Shown here: piece after piece, positions 33,502-41,906 of the stretch | Layout: each line of letters starts with the position of its first letter | Position numbering within the stretch: the stretch's first letter is position 1 | Source: an uncultured Gammaproteobacteria bacterium | Lineage (GTDB): Bacteria > Patescibacteriota > Patescibacteriia > 2-12-FULL-60-25 | Direction: 5' to 3' | NCBI GenBank assembly: GCA_964437285.1 | Contig: CAYTGF010000002.1 | Location: forward strand, 3,543 to 67,542 | Length of the DNA: 64,000 bases | Notes under the pieces: model-generated | What the model saw: the letters and a program-made list of their open reading frames with translations, nothing else | What the model was told of the DNA's origin: nothing | The model's database searches: none | Made by a program: the position numbers and the translations under genes

Positions 33502-33743
33502 TAAGGAGTTTTTCTATTTTTTTATGGCTCGCTTCGCTCGCCATGGGTTTATGTGGAAAAGGTGCCAGGCACGTGCCTGGCACGTGCCTGGCACCTTTTC
33601 CACATGAGAAACGAGGCAAGCGATACAGATATACGAGAGACGAACGAAGTGAGTCTCTCAAAAAAGAAACGAGAGTCCTTAGCTGTATGGATACACAAAA
33701 GACGAGCGAAGCGAGGCTCTCAAAATAGAAAGAGAATTCCTTA
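33502..33743. mobile_element. MITE-like non-coding element, copy D
   Basis: TIRs TAAGGAGTTTTTCTATTTT / AAAATAGAAAGAGAATTCCTTA. Forward hairpin at 33524-33544, 55-nt palindrome, reverse hairpin at 33635-33659 plus a further unit near 33700. Confidence 0.6.
33551..33605. repeat. 55-nt perfect palindrome
   Basis: ATGTGGAAAAGGTGCCAGGCACGTGCC-T-GGCACGTGCCTGGCACCTTTTCCACAT. 27-nt arms checked base by base. Confidence 0.9.
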
Positions 33744-33772
33744 TAAAAAAACCCGGTGAGAGATCACCGGGG
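33744..33772 (-). terminator. intrinsic terminator of the kinase-like/vWA cassette
   Basis: Minus strand reads CCCGGTGA-TCTC-TCACCGGG plus a T-run. Confidence 0.75.
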
Positions 33773-33778
33773 AAAGAG

Positions 33779-34771
33779 TCAGCGCGAGGCTTCGCGGCGC
33801 TTGCGGCGCTCGTGCGGAGTGCCGCTTGAGGGGGTCACGGGCTGTGCGGGGCGCTCGGGGGCGCCGCGGAGGATCGAGTGGGCGTAGGCCTCGATCGGCA
33901 GGATGATGCGCGTAGCGACGTCGCCTGAACGACCGAGCCTGAGCAGTCCCTGCTGGAGCTCTCCGAGGCTTGTGACCGCTCCGGTCTGAATGGCCGTCAG
34001 CGCACCAGCGATATCGCAGATGTCATCATATCTCTGCGCGACGATGACACGCTCACCGAGCACCTCCCGCCAGGAATGCTCGCACTCACGGGCACGCGAC
34101 GCATCGGGAATGATGCAAAAGATGTCCCACGTCTGCGAGGCACGCTCGAAGATCGTCTTCACGGTCTCGGTCGTATCAGAGATGTCTCCAAACACGACCG
34201 ACATGTCCCTGGGGCGGCATGACGGGAAGAGGTTGTCGTCACCCGTGATGAAGGCGACCCCCTTCTGTCCACGCCTCTCGAAGCAGTCGATCGACGTTCT
34301 GGAGGCGAGCATCTCCGCGAAGAGGTGGTAGGACTCTCCGCCGTTCCCTCCGCCATTGCAGAAATCGACGACCGCCATGCCCGTCAACGTACGGTTCATG
34401 AGCTCCGCCGTTGATTCGAACTGCCCGACCTGAAAGGCGTTGCGACCATCCGTTGCGACGTCCCCAATGCCGGCGAAGAGCGGCTGGGGGTCCTGAACCC
34501 CGAGCGTCACGAGCACCTGCATGAAGTTCGGGAGCGACTTCTGCGCCATATTGATGGGAATGTGTTCCATCGATCCGGTAAGGTCGAGACCGAAGGCGAT
34601 CGCGATTGAGCGCGGATGCTCGGCGCTGTCACGACTCTCACGCACCTTCATGCGGTACGCGAGCATGGTCTTCGAGACCTCGGTCTCCTTGAACACCTCA
34701 CGTGCCGGCGCTCGAGCCTGGCTCGTGGTGATCTTCTGATGCGCTTCGTGACTGTAGGACCCGTATCCCAT
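33779..34771 (-). CDS. von Willebrand factor A (vWA) domain protein
   Basis: 330 aa. MIDAS-type motif IAIAFGLDLTGSM (DxTxS), later GDVATDG and ITGDD acidic motifs. GAGAGG upstream. Confidence 0.75.
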   Translation of the reverse strand: MGYGSYSHEAHQKITTSQARAPAREVFKETEVSKTMLAYRMKVRESRDSAEHPRSIAIAFGLDLTGSMEHIPINMAQKSLPNFMQVLVTLGVQDPQPLFAGIGDVATDGRNAFQVGQFESTAELMNRTLTGMAVVDFCNGGGNGGESYHLFAEMLASRTSIDCFERRGQKGVAFITGDDNLFPSCRPRDMSVVFGDISDTTETVKTIFERASQTWDIFCIIPDASRARECEHSWREVLGERVIVAQRYDDICDIAGALTAIQTGAVTSLGELQQGLLRLGRSGDVATRIILPIEAYAHSILRGAPERPAQPVTPSSGTPHERRKRREASR

Positions 34772-34810
34772 GGTGGACCTCTCTTCTCTGCGTGGTGGAT
34801 GATCCAGTGG

Positions 34811-36472
34811 TCAGGAGTGACGCGCTGGCAAGTGGAAGGGAATGTAGCGAGGCTTCCCGTGAGCGGCTTGTACCGCTTGTCGGTAGGGCAAGAATACGTC
34901 GTTGTAGGTATTGGACACGCTCGGGAGCGTATCGTACCCAGCGAGAGAGCGTAGATAGTCAGAGAACGGATCTCGCTCAAGGCGCTCAAGCACACCCGAC
35001 CGAGTTTCTTCCCCCGTCAGCGCCCAGAGCAAGCACCGCGCGGCCATAGTGACGTCGTGGGCACGGGTGGCTTCCTCCCCATCAAGAATCTCTTTTGGGT
35101 AGAAGGCCTTCCTGTGCGTCACGTGCAGATCGATCGGCTGTCCAGCGCTTGCAGCGTAGCTATGGTCGATGATCGTGGCGTAGTGCATGAAGGGGTGCAG
35201 GAGCACGTGCTCGGGAACGATCGCTCCGTGAACGACACCGAGTTGGTGCATCCAGGCGATCTCCTCAAACATGCGCCGACCAATCCAAGCGACGGCGTGT
35301 GAGGGCAGACCCTCAGGATACTCCGTCAGAGCCTCCGCAAGGTTCCAGTCATACCCAGGCTTTGCCACAAACACGAGCGCCTGTACGGACTCCCCGGTGT
35401 CACCGCGTAGGAGCTCTCCCCGATCTGCCACTCGGCGGATCCGGCGACGATAGACGCTCGTGGCTTCCGAGGTCGTGTCTGCCCCCAGTCGCTCGAGCAT
35501 CCGCGCTTCTCGTGCAAATCGCTCCGGAGCCAACGGGTCATCCGCGAGCTTGATGATCACGCTCAGCGGCGGATTGTAGAGACGATGGGCACGAAAGACC
35601 TGCGACTTCTCGCCTCTACCAACCCTCCCCTCCACGAGGTACTCGACCCCGTTCAGGGTCCAGGTCGGCGCGTTGGGCTGCTCGCGGCGCAGGAGAGCGG
35701 CGCGCAAAGTGTGTTCGCGGCCGTTCCATTGCTCACGCTGTACACCAAAGGCAACTGACTGCAGTACCAGCGCTCGAATTGCCGCAAGATCCGCAAAACC
35801 GTAGTCCTGCGGCTTGCACAAGAACTCAGGAACCTCGTCAAATGAACGCAGGCACCGAACGTGCCCAGGTCCATGAAAGAGATACGCAAGCAGCACGTAG
35901 AGCGACGCGGAGAGCTCTGTGAGCTGTCGCTCGAGCTCTGGGTGCACACGCGCATCTGCCCAGCGTCGAATCCCCTCGTCCGTGAGTGGAATCGTGGCGC
36001 CAGGAACCGTGCTCACATCCTTTCCAGCTTGTGGATCGGTCAGCTCACCCGTAGTCCACGCAATCTTGCGGAGACATATCGGAGGAAGTACGACCACACC
36101 AACGTGACAGACGGGGCACTGGTTTCCCTCTTCGAATTCCCAGGTGCGACCACCGACATTCGCGAGCATCAGCTCCTGACAGGACGAACACTGGCGCGTT
36201 TCCGGCGAGACCTTGGCGAGCAGCTGCGCTACTTCGCGCAGTCGCACGAGCGACTCCGCCTCGAGATGTTCGAGCTTGAGCGCATCGCGCAGCTCGTCCT
36301 CCCCAACCAGTGCCAGTCGACCAAAGGTCAGCTCTTCGCCGAAGAGCCGACGATAGAGACGGTTCGCTTGGCGAGCATCCGCTGACGTCAACAGGCGAGC
36401 GAGCAGTCGCTCGATCCCCTGCGTAAACGTCGACGGGATGAGAACAGAACGGATATCCAACGCGTGCGCCAT
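34811..36472 (-). CDS. zinc-ribbon plus protein-kinase-like protein with non-canonical catalytic loop
   Basis: CSSCQ-x18-CPVCH. G-loop GRGEKSQVF, VIIK, EARMLE, HGAIVPEH in place of HRDLKPxN, DHS in place of DFG, DVTMAARCLLWALTG. Start at ATG 36472; the ORF extends to 36538. Confidence 0.65.
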   Translation of the reverse strand: MAHALDIRSVLIPSTFTQGIERLLARLLTSADARQANRLYRRLFGEELTFGRLALVGEDELRDALKLEHLEAESLVRLREVAQLLAKVSPETRQCSSCQELMLANVGGRTWEFEEGNQCPVCHVGVVVLPPICLRKIAWTTGELTDPQAGKDVSTVPGATIPLTDEGIRRWADARVHPELERQLTELSASLYVLLAYLFHGPGHVRCLRSFDEVPEFLCKPQDYGFADLAAIRALVLQSVAFGVQREQWNGREHTLRAALLRREQPNAPTWTLNGVEYLVEGRVGRGEKSQVFRAHRLYNPPLSVIIKLADDPLAPERFAREARMLERLGADTTSEATSVYRRRIRRVADRGELLRGDTGESVQALVFVAKPGYDWNLAEALTEYPEGLPSHAVAWIGRRMFEEIAWMHQLGVVHGAIVPEHVLLHPFMHYATIIDHSYAASAGQPIDLHVTHRKAFYPKEILDGEEATRAHDVTMAARCLLWALTGEETRSGVLERLERDPFSDYLRSLAGYDTLPSVSNTYNDVFLPYRQAVQAAHGKPRYIPFHLPARHS

Positions 36473-36553
36473 GGAAGACCTCGCAGTTCTTTCTGTATAG
36501 GGGTGAAAGGAACGATCGTTTGTGTGAAAAATACACACCTAGACGATACTCGT

Positions 36554-36582
36554 TTTATACCAAAAATCTTCCCTCCTGTCAA
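36554..36582 (-). promoter_or_regulatory. sigma70-type promoter of the kinase-like/vWA cassette
   Basis: Minus strand reads TTGACA, 17-nt spacer ending in TGG, TATAAA. The -35 overlaps the stop region of the upstream TPR gene. Confidence 0.6.
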
Positions 36583-37565
36583 GCATTTTTTCCCTTTTTG
36601 GCACGACGTTTTTTAAGCGCTGGTTCTTCCGCCGGCGTAGCCGTCACACTCGAACTCGTCACGGGTTCACGAAGAGCATTTTCAAGACTCTCGACTTTCT
36701 CACGCCAGAACTGAAATCGTGATCGGTCATCTGAAAGCAAACGAAAACGCTGGTACCGGTTGCGGGCCTCCGTGGCGTCACCTAGCCGAAGAGCGATATC
36801 AAGCGCTTGTTCCGCATACTTTGCGCTGTTTGGCTCGAGTTCTGTGGCGCGTTTTACAGGGGTCCAAGCCTTCAGCAAATCATTCGTGTTCACATAAAAC
36901 TCTGCGAGCTCTGCATGTCGACAGGCTTGCTTTCCGCCCAGTTCCACGGCTTGCAATCGATACAGCTCCGCTTCATGTTGATTCCCCGCCACGGCCTCTA
37001 TTTCTGCGAGCGCCGCGTACACCGCATCATCCGCCTTCTTCATTTTTACGATAAACATGAACGTGTCTCGCGCTTGTTGGTGGATTTTTTGTTTCAAATA
37101 TATCGTCCCGAGACCCTTGTATGCTTCAACATTATGAGGATCGACCGTAAGCACTTCCAGAAACCGTTTTTCTGCTTCTGACCACTTGTTATCACGCGCA
37201 AACGACTTCGCCTCAAGTAAAAGAGCCTTTATTCGTTCTTGCGCGGTTGGTGCAATCGCGGAAAAAGGACTTTTTCCTGCTCCGTAGACTTCCTCCATGG
37301 TCTGCAAGCGTTGCGCTAAACTTTCGTAGAGCGCATCAAATGAACGAGCGATGGAACGACTAAAACGACGCAGCGGCTGAGAACGCTCAGAACGCATCCG
37401 TTCAAATCGCTTACGAATCATCTCTTCGCGCTTCAAGCGGTGACGCTCTTCCTTGATGGTGAGTGGATCGAGGAGCCGAACATCTGTCCAGCGACGCGCG
37501 ATCAAGAACACCGCCCAGGCAAGACAGCCGAGCCCAAGGACAAGAAAGATGAGAGGAGCGATCAT
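36579..37565 (-). CDS. TPR-repeat protein with N-terminal membrane anchor
   Basis: 328 aa. N-terminal hydrophobic helix, then several 34-aa A/Y/L-patterned repeats. Confidence 0.7.
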   Translation of the reverse strand: MIAPLIFLVLGLGCLAWAVFLIARRWTDVRLLDPLTIKEERHRLKREEMIRKRFERMRSERSQPLRRFSRSIARSFDALYESLAQRLQTMEEVYGAGKSPFSAIAPTAQERIKALLLEAKSFARDNKWSEAEKRFLEVLTVDPHNVEAYKGLGTIYLKQKIHQQARDTFMFIVKMKKADDAVYAALAEIEAVAGNQHEAELYRLQAVELGGKQACRHAELAEFYVNTNDLLKAWTPVKRATELEPNSAKYAEQALDIALRLGDATEARNRYQRFRLLSDDRSRFQFWREKVESLENALREPVTSSSVTATPAEEPALKKRRAKKGKNA

Positions 37566-37574
37566 GAGAAAAGC

Positions 37575-38342
37575 CTACGCCGTGGACGATGCGCGACACA
37601 ACATGCCAAAGACACGAGGGTCAAGCGAAGCACTCCCAACCAATACCCCGTCGATAGATGTCGTCGAGAGGTAGTCGGCAACATTGCGTGGGTCTACCGA
37701 TCCACCATACACGATTTGCACGCGTTCCGCGAGTGGCGCCCCAAGCTTTTTTGCGATCGTTTCTCGAATAAGCTCATGCATATCTTTCGCCTCTTGCGGA
37801 GGACAGGCCTTCCCGGACCCAATCGCCCAAACGGGTTCATACGCAAACATTGGGATGAGATCTTTTTCTCCCCAAGCGGCGGCGGCGATAATCGCCTGTA
37901 CCTGTGTTCGTACCACTTTTGATGCTTCCGCCTTCCCCTTTTTACGCTGCGATTCTGTTTCGCCAACGCAGACAATCGGTTGAATATTTGCTTTTTGCAA
38001 TGTCACCACTTTTTTTGCGATCATGTCATCCGTTTCTCCAAGATGCATACGGCGTTCGCTGTGCCCAACAAGACACAAAGACGCGCCAACTTCCGTAAGC
38101 ATGGACGTCGAGATTTCTCCCGTCATGGCCCCATCATCCATCCAAGACACGTTTTGCGCGCCCAATACAGGCACAGAAGCACGGCCAAGCGAGGCTTTTG
38201 CCGCAGGCAAAGACACGTGTGGAACCACCACGGCGATATCAACATCTTTTGGCAAACGTTCGCGGCGAAAGGCGCGAATCCAAGACCCGGCTTTCACCGG
38301 ACCGTACATCATTTTCCAGTTCGCAATAATCAGTTTTCGCAT
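37575..38342 (-). CDS. tpiA: triose-phosphate isomerase
   Basis: IANWKM, VGHSERR, YEPVWAIGSG motifs. AGGGGGGAA SD upstream of ATG 38342. Confidence 0.93.
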   Translation of the reverse strand: MRKLIIANWKMMYGPVKAGSWIRAFRRERLPKDVDIAVVVPHVSLPAAKASLGRASVPVLGAQNVSWMDDGAMTGEISTSMLTEVGASLCLVGHSERRMHLGETDDMIAKKVVTLQKANIQPIVCVGETESQRKKGKAEASKVVRTQVQAIIAAAAWGEKDLIPMFAYEPVWAIGSGKACPPQEAKDMHELIRETIAKKLGAPLAERVQIVYGGSVDPRNVADYLSTTSIDGVLVGSASLDPRVFGMLCRASSTA

Positions 38343-38469
38343 AGAAATTCCCCCCTTTCCTACCTTATTTTTCGCCACTTGGCAATGGCCAAGTAAAAAA
38401 CCCCCATTTCTGAAGGTTTTTGACCGAGCAGGAACTTCCCAGGCGCCACAAGACGGGCGTACCCGTAGC

Positions 38470-38478
38470 TGCTACACT
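38470..38478 (+). promoter_or_regulatory. extended -10 (TGcTACACT) 10 nt upstream of ATG 38489
   Basis: Same TGnTACACT-N10/11-ATG geometry as at 46181 and 63192. Confidence 0.35.
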
Positions 38479-38488
38479 ACAGACGATT

Positions 38489-39091
38489 ATGACCCTGGAA
38501 GGATACAACCAATTGCTACTAGCGATTCAAGAAATCTCGAAAGATGACCTACAAGCGAATCAACGAGGTCTCCTATCAGAGCATCAAGGTCACCAGCTGG
38601 GCTATCATCTTCGAAAACGAGCGATACTTGCAGTACTTACCGTCCTCATGTCCTCCTATGCTCTCTGGCCACTTATTCAAAAACTTACTTCAATCCCGCT
38701 CGCTCCGCTTCCAGATGCGCGTCTCATCGGTCCACTAGGATTCCTATTCTATTGGAATGTTCTTCTACCAGGCATAAACGCACAACTTCGGACACATGTC
38801 GAAATACTTGAAGGAACGGCGCTGGATGCTCAGCGTAAAAGACTTACGTTTCAAACAACATCCATCATTCCGCTTCTCACCAAGGGGACGCGATACCGAT
38901 TTTTTCTACTCGCTAGCACCGTGATCGCCGTTGAAGCTCTTTCTGCACCGACAAGTGAGATAGATCGCGAGCTCTGTACAAAGGGTAGAACCGCAACTTT
39001 CAAACCCGCTTATCTGTTTATTGGTATCCTCGTGACAGTAGCCATTATCGTACCCACCGCTATCGCCGTAATACTGTTTGCGTCAAAGTAA
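38489..39091 (+). CDS. hypothetical membrane protein
   Basis: 200 aa from ATG 38489, with three hydrophobic segments. Confidence 0.5.
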   Translation: MTLEGYNQLLLAIQEISKDDLQANQRGLLSEHQGHQLGYHLRKRAILAVLTVLMSSYALWPLIQKLTSIPLAPLPDARLIGPLGFLFYWNVLLPGINAQLRTHVEILEGTALDAQRKRLTFQTTSIIPLLTKGTRYRFFLLASTVIAVEALSAPTSEIDRELCTKGRTATFKPAYLFIGILVTVAIIVPTAIAVILFASK

Positions 39092-39126
39092 TCCCAAGAG
39101 CTGCTTTAGCCGCAAAATCAACCCCT

Positions 39127-39150
39127 AAAAACACCCAAAGGGTGTTTTTT
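39127..39150. terminator. bidirectional terminator
   Basis: ACACCC-AAA-GGGTGT hairpin with A5/T6 flanks. Confidence 0.75.
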
Positions 39151-40435
39151 AAAACCAATCTTCGATTTCCTTCGCTGAAGCGAATGGGCCGACGACGGAG
39201 ACGGCGTAGTTTTTGCGGGTGAAGAGTTCTTTTGCGACGGCTTGAATCTGTTTTGGAGTGACGGCTTGAACACGTTTCATGCGCTCTTCTGGACTGACCC
39301 AGTCTTTGCGGTACCGAAGTTGATCCCCGTACCAGTCTGCCTGCACAAACGGATCTTCAAATTCGAGGTAGAATTTCCCGCGATGAAAATCTTTCGCTCG
39401 CGTGAGTTCTTGCGCGGTTACGCCTTTTTTTATGATGCTATCAAGTTCTTTCCAGATGACTTCGATCGCTTCTTTTAAGCGCGTTTTCTCCAGGCCGGCA
39501 ACAATACGGAACGTGCCAATATCTTCAAAGCTCGAACGGCTTGCCGAAATGTGGTAACAGAGACCTCGCTTTTCACGGACCTCCGTAAACAGCCGCGATG
39601 ACATCGTGCCACCAAGAATCACCGCGAGCAAACGCGCCGCGTCATGCCGTGGATCAAGCATTGGATACGTCAAAAACGACATACCGAGCTGCACCTGTTC
39701 GATCTTTTTTTGTTGAAATGACAAGCGCACGCCGCTTACCGCCGTCGATGAGAAAAGCTCCGTTGGTGGCACTTCAAGCGCTTTTGGCGTTTTTTTCCAC
39801 GTTCCAAAAGTCGATTCGAGTAGTGGCCATACTCCTTTTGGAATGCGTCCTGCGACAGCGATAATCATGTGCTCTGGATTGTAGAATCGCGCGCGATAGT
39901 CGAGGACCGTTTCTCGTGGGACACTCCGAATGATCTCGCGCGTTCCCGCAATATTCCAGCCGAGCGGATGCGTCGAACCAAACGTCATTTCATCCAACAA
40001 ATCCATCATCTGACTTTGTGGGTTATCTTCATACATGTTGATTTCTTCCACAATCACCCCACGCTCACGGTCGATGTCTTCTTTCTTAAACGTGGAATTC
40101 GCGAGCATGTCATGCAGTACTTCAATCGCAAAAAGCGATTGATCTGCTTCGATTTTGATGTAGTACGAGGTGTGATCCTTACTTGTTGAAGCGTTATAAT
40201 CCGCCCCAAAGCGATCCAAATCCCGACTCACGTCTTGCGCAGTCTTACGCTTCTTTGTCCCTTTAAACATCAAATGCTCGATGAAATGCGATACGCCCAT
40301 GATGTCAGGCGTTTCGTGACGCGAACCGACCCGGAAAAAGACATTGATCGCACACGCGGTGCTCGCTGGATTCTCGATCCAGGCCACACGGACGCCATTT
40401 TTCAGCTTCCGCAAACGAGGTTTGATGGTACGCAT
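39149..40435 (-). CDS. M16-family zinc peptidase
   Basis: HxxEH motif VSHFIEHLMFKGT. 428 aa. Confidence 0.88.
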   Translation of the reverse strand: MRTIKPRLRKLKNGVRVAWIENPASTACAINVFFRVGSRHETPDIMGVSHFIEHLMFKGTKKRKTAQDVSRDLDRFGADYNASTSKDHTSYYIKIEADQSLFAIEVLHDMLANSTFKKEDIDRERGVIVEEINMYEDNPQSQMMDLLDEMTFGSTHPLGWNIAGTREIIRSVPRETVLDYRARFYNPEHMIIAVAGRIPKGVWPLLESTFGTWKKTPKALEVPPTELFSSTAVSGVRLSFQQKKIEQVQLGMSFLTYPMLDPRHDAARLLAVILGGTMSSRLFTEVREKRGLCYHISASRSSFEDIGTFRIVAGLEKTRLKEAIEVIWKELDSIIKKGVTAQELTRAKDFHRGKFYLEFEDPFVQADWYGDQLRYRKDWVSPEERMKRVQAVTPKQIQAVAKELFTRKNYAVSVVGPFASAKEIEDWF

Positions 40436-40441
40436 AGAAGA

Positions 40442-41788
40442 TTAGACGAGACGTTCAGCGATCCAACCCGGCACTTCGTCGATAGACACACGAACCTGCT
40501 CCATAGAATCACGATCGCGGATAGTGACGGTGCGTTGCGCGACAGAATCGAAGTCGACCGTGATACACCATGGCGTACCGATTTCATCCTGACGGCGATA
40601 GCGTTTCCCAATTGATCCAGACTCATCGTATTCAATCATCCAACCTCGCTTGCGCAACATGGCAGCGAGTTCTTTCGCGAGTTCTGGCTGACCATCTTTT
40701 TTCTGAAGCGGGAACACCGCCGCCTTCACCGGCGCGAGACGTGGCGGCAAGCGCAACACCATGCGTGGCTCCGTTTCTCCACTCACGGCTTCCGCTTCGT
40801 CCACATCGAAATGCGCGGCGAGCACCGCCAATACTGTACGCGTCAATCCCCAGGATGGCTCAATAACGTGCGGAATAAAGCGCTCCCCCGTTTCCGGATC
40901 AAGCCAACGCAAGTCCTCCTTGGAGTGTTCTTGATGGCGAGAGAGGTCGTAGTCTGTGCGATTTGCGAGACCGTAGAGCTCTTTCGTGCCGAATGGGTAC
41001 GCAAACTCCACATCGATCGTGCGCTTCGAGTAAAAGGCGCGATCAGCATCAGGGATCTCGTGATAGACAACCTTGTCCGCAGGCAACTTCAACACGTCGT
41101 GGACCCAGACCTTCATCTGTGCGAGCCAGTGTTCGAACATCTCGTCAGCAAGCGCCGGTGGAACGAAGTACTCGATTTCCATTTGCTCGAATTCGCGGGT
41201 GCGGAAAATGAAGTTCCCTGGCGTGATTTCGTTGCGGAACGCCTTGCCGACCTGCGCGATGCCGAATGGAAGCTTTTTACGCATCGTGTCACGAACATTC
41301 TTGAAGGCCGTGAACATACCCGCAGCCGTTTCAGGACGAAGGTAGGCCGTCGCGGTCGCGTCTTCGTTTACACCAATAAACGTCTTCAGCATCAGGTTGA
41401 AGTTGCGAACATCGGTAAATTCGCCCCCACATTCTGGACAGCTCATCTCCTGTATATCTTTGCCCGAGGCTTCCATGAGGTGATCGGCGCGGAAGCGCTT
41501 TTTACACTTCTTACAGTCGACGAGTGGATCGGTAAACGTCGCGAGGTGTCCCGACGCCTCCCAGACCTTCGGGTTCTGAACAACAGGCGTATCAATTCCC
41601 ATCATATCATCGCGTTCGCGTACAAACATCTGCCACCAGGCGTCGCGGATGTTATTTTTGAGTTCGGTGCCGTATGGACCGTAATCCCAGGCGTTCGCAA
41701 ATCCCCCGTAAATATCGGAGTCCGGATACACAAATCCGCGTCGCTTGCAGAGCGAAACGAGCAACTCCATTGTTTTGGCCGATTCCAT
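40442..41788 (-). CDS. glyQS: glycine--tRNA ligase (homodimeric type)
   Basis: RRGFVYPDSDIYGGFANAWDYGPYG N-terminus, class II motifs, anticodon-binding C-terminus. Confidence 0.95.
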   Translation of the reverse strand: MESAKTMELLVSLCKRRGFVYPDSDIYGGFANAWDYGPYGTELKNNIRDAWWQMFVRERDDMMGIDTPVVQNPKVWEASGHLATFTDPLVDCKKCKKRFRADHLMEASGKDIQEMSCPECGGEFTDVRNFNLMLKTFIGVNEDATATAYLRPETAAGMFTAFKNVRDTMRKKLPFGIAQVGKAFRNEITPGNFIFRTREFEQMEIEYFVPPALADEMFEHWLAQMKVWVHDVLKLPADKVVYHEIPDADRAFYSKRTIDVEFAYPFGTKELYGLANRTDYDLSRHQEHSKEDLRWLDPETGERFIPHVIEPSWGLTRTVLAVLAAHFDVDEAEAVSGETEPRMVLRLPPRLAPVKAAVFPLQKKDGQPELAKELAAMLRKRGWMIEYDESGSIGKRYRRQDEIGTPWCITVDFDSVAQRTVTIRDRDSMEQVRVSIDEVPGWIAERLV

Positions 41789-41843
41789 AGTTCTCGCACT
41801 ATTTCATATCAGGGAAAAAATGAAAAGAGGATCCAGCCCCAGG

Positions 41844-41872
41844 TTGACAAAAACAAAAAAATACGGTATACG
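41844..41872 (+). promoter_or_regulatory. sigma70-type promoter
   Basis: TTGACA (41844-41849), 17-nt spacer, TATACG. Confidence 0.5.
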
Positions 41873-41906
41873 AGGGAAGCGCTTCGACCCCCCCACAGGA
41901 GTCCTC

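Noticed and set aside
28984-33743. Possibility that the repeated GCTCGCTTCGCTCGC units form a CRISPR array
   Set aside because: Units occur in both orientations, with irregular spacing and variable flanks. They sit inside TIR-bounded elements, and there are no cas genes in the window.
28984-33743. Possibility that the hairpins are integron attC sites and the ORFans are integron cassettes
   Set aside because: There is no intI and no R'/R'' (GTTRRRY) core sites. The ORFans carry their own promoters and lie in both orientations.
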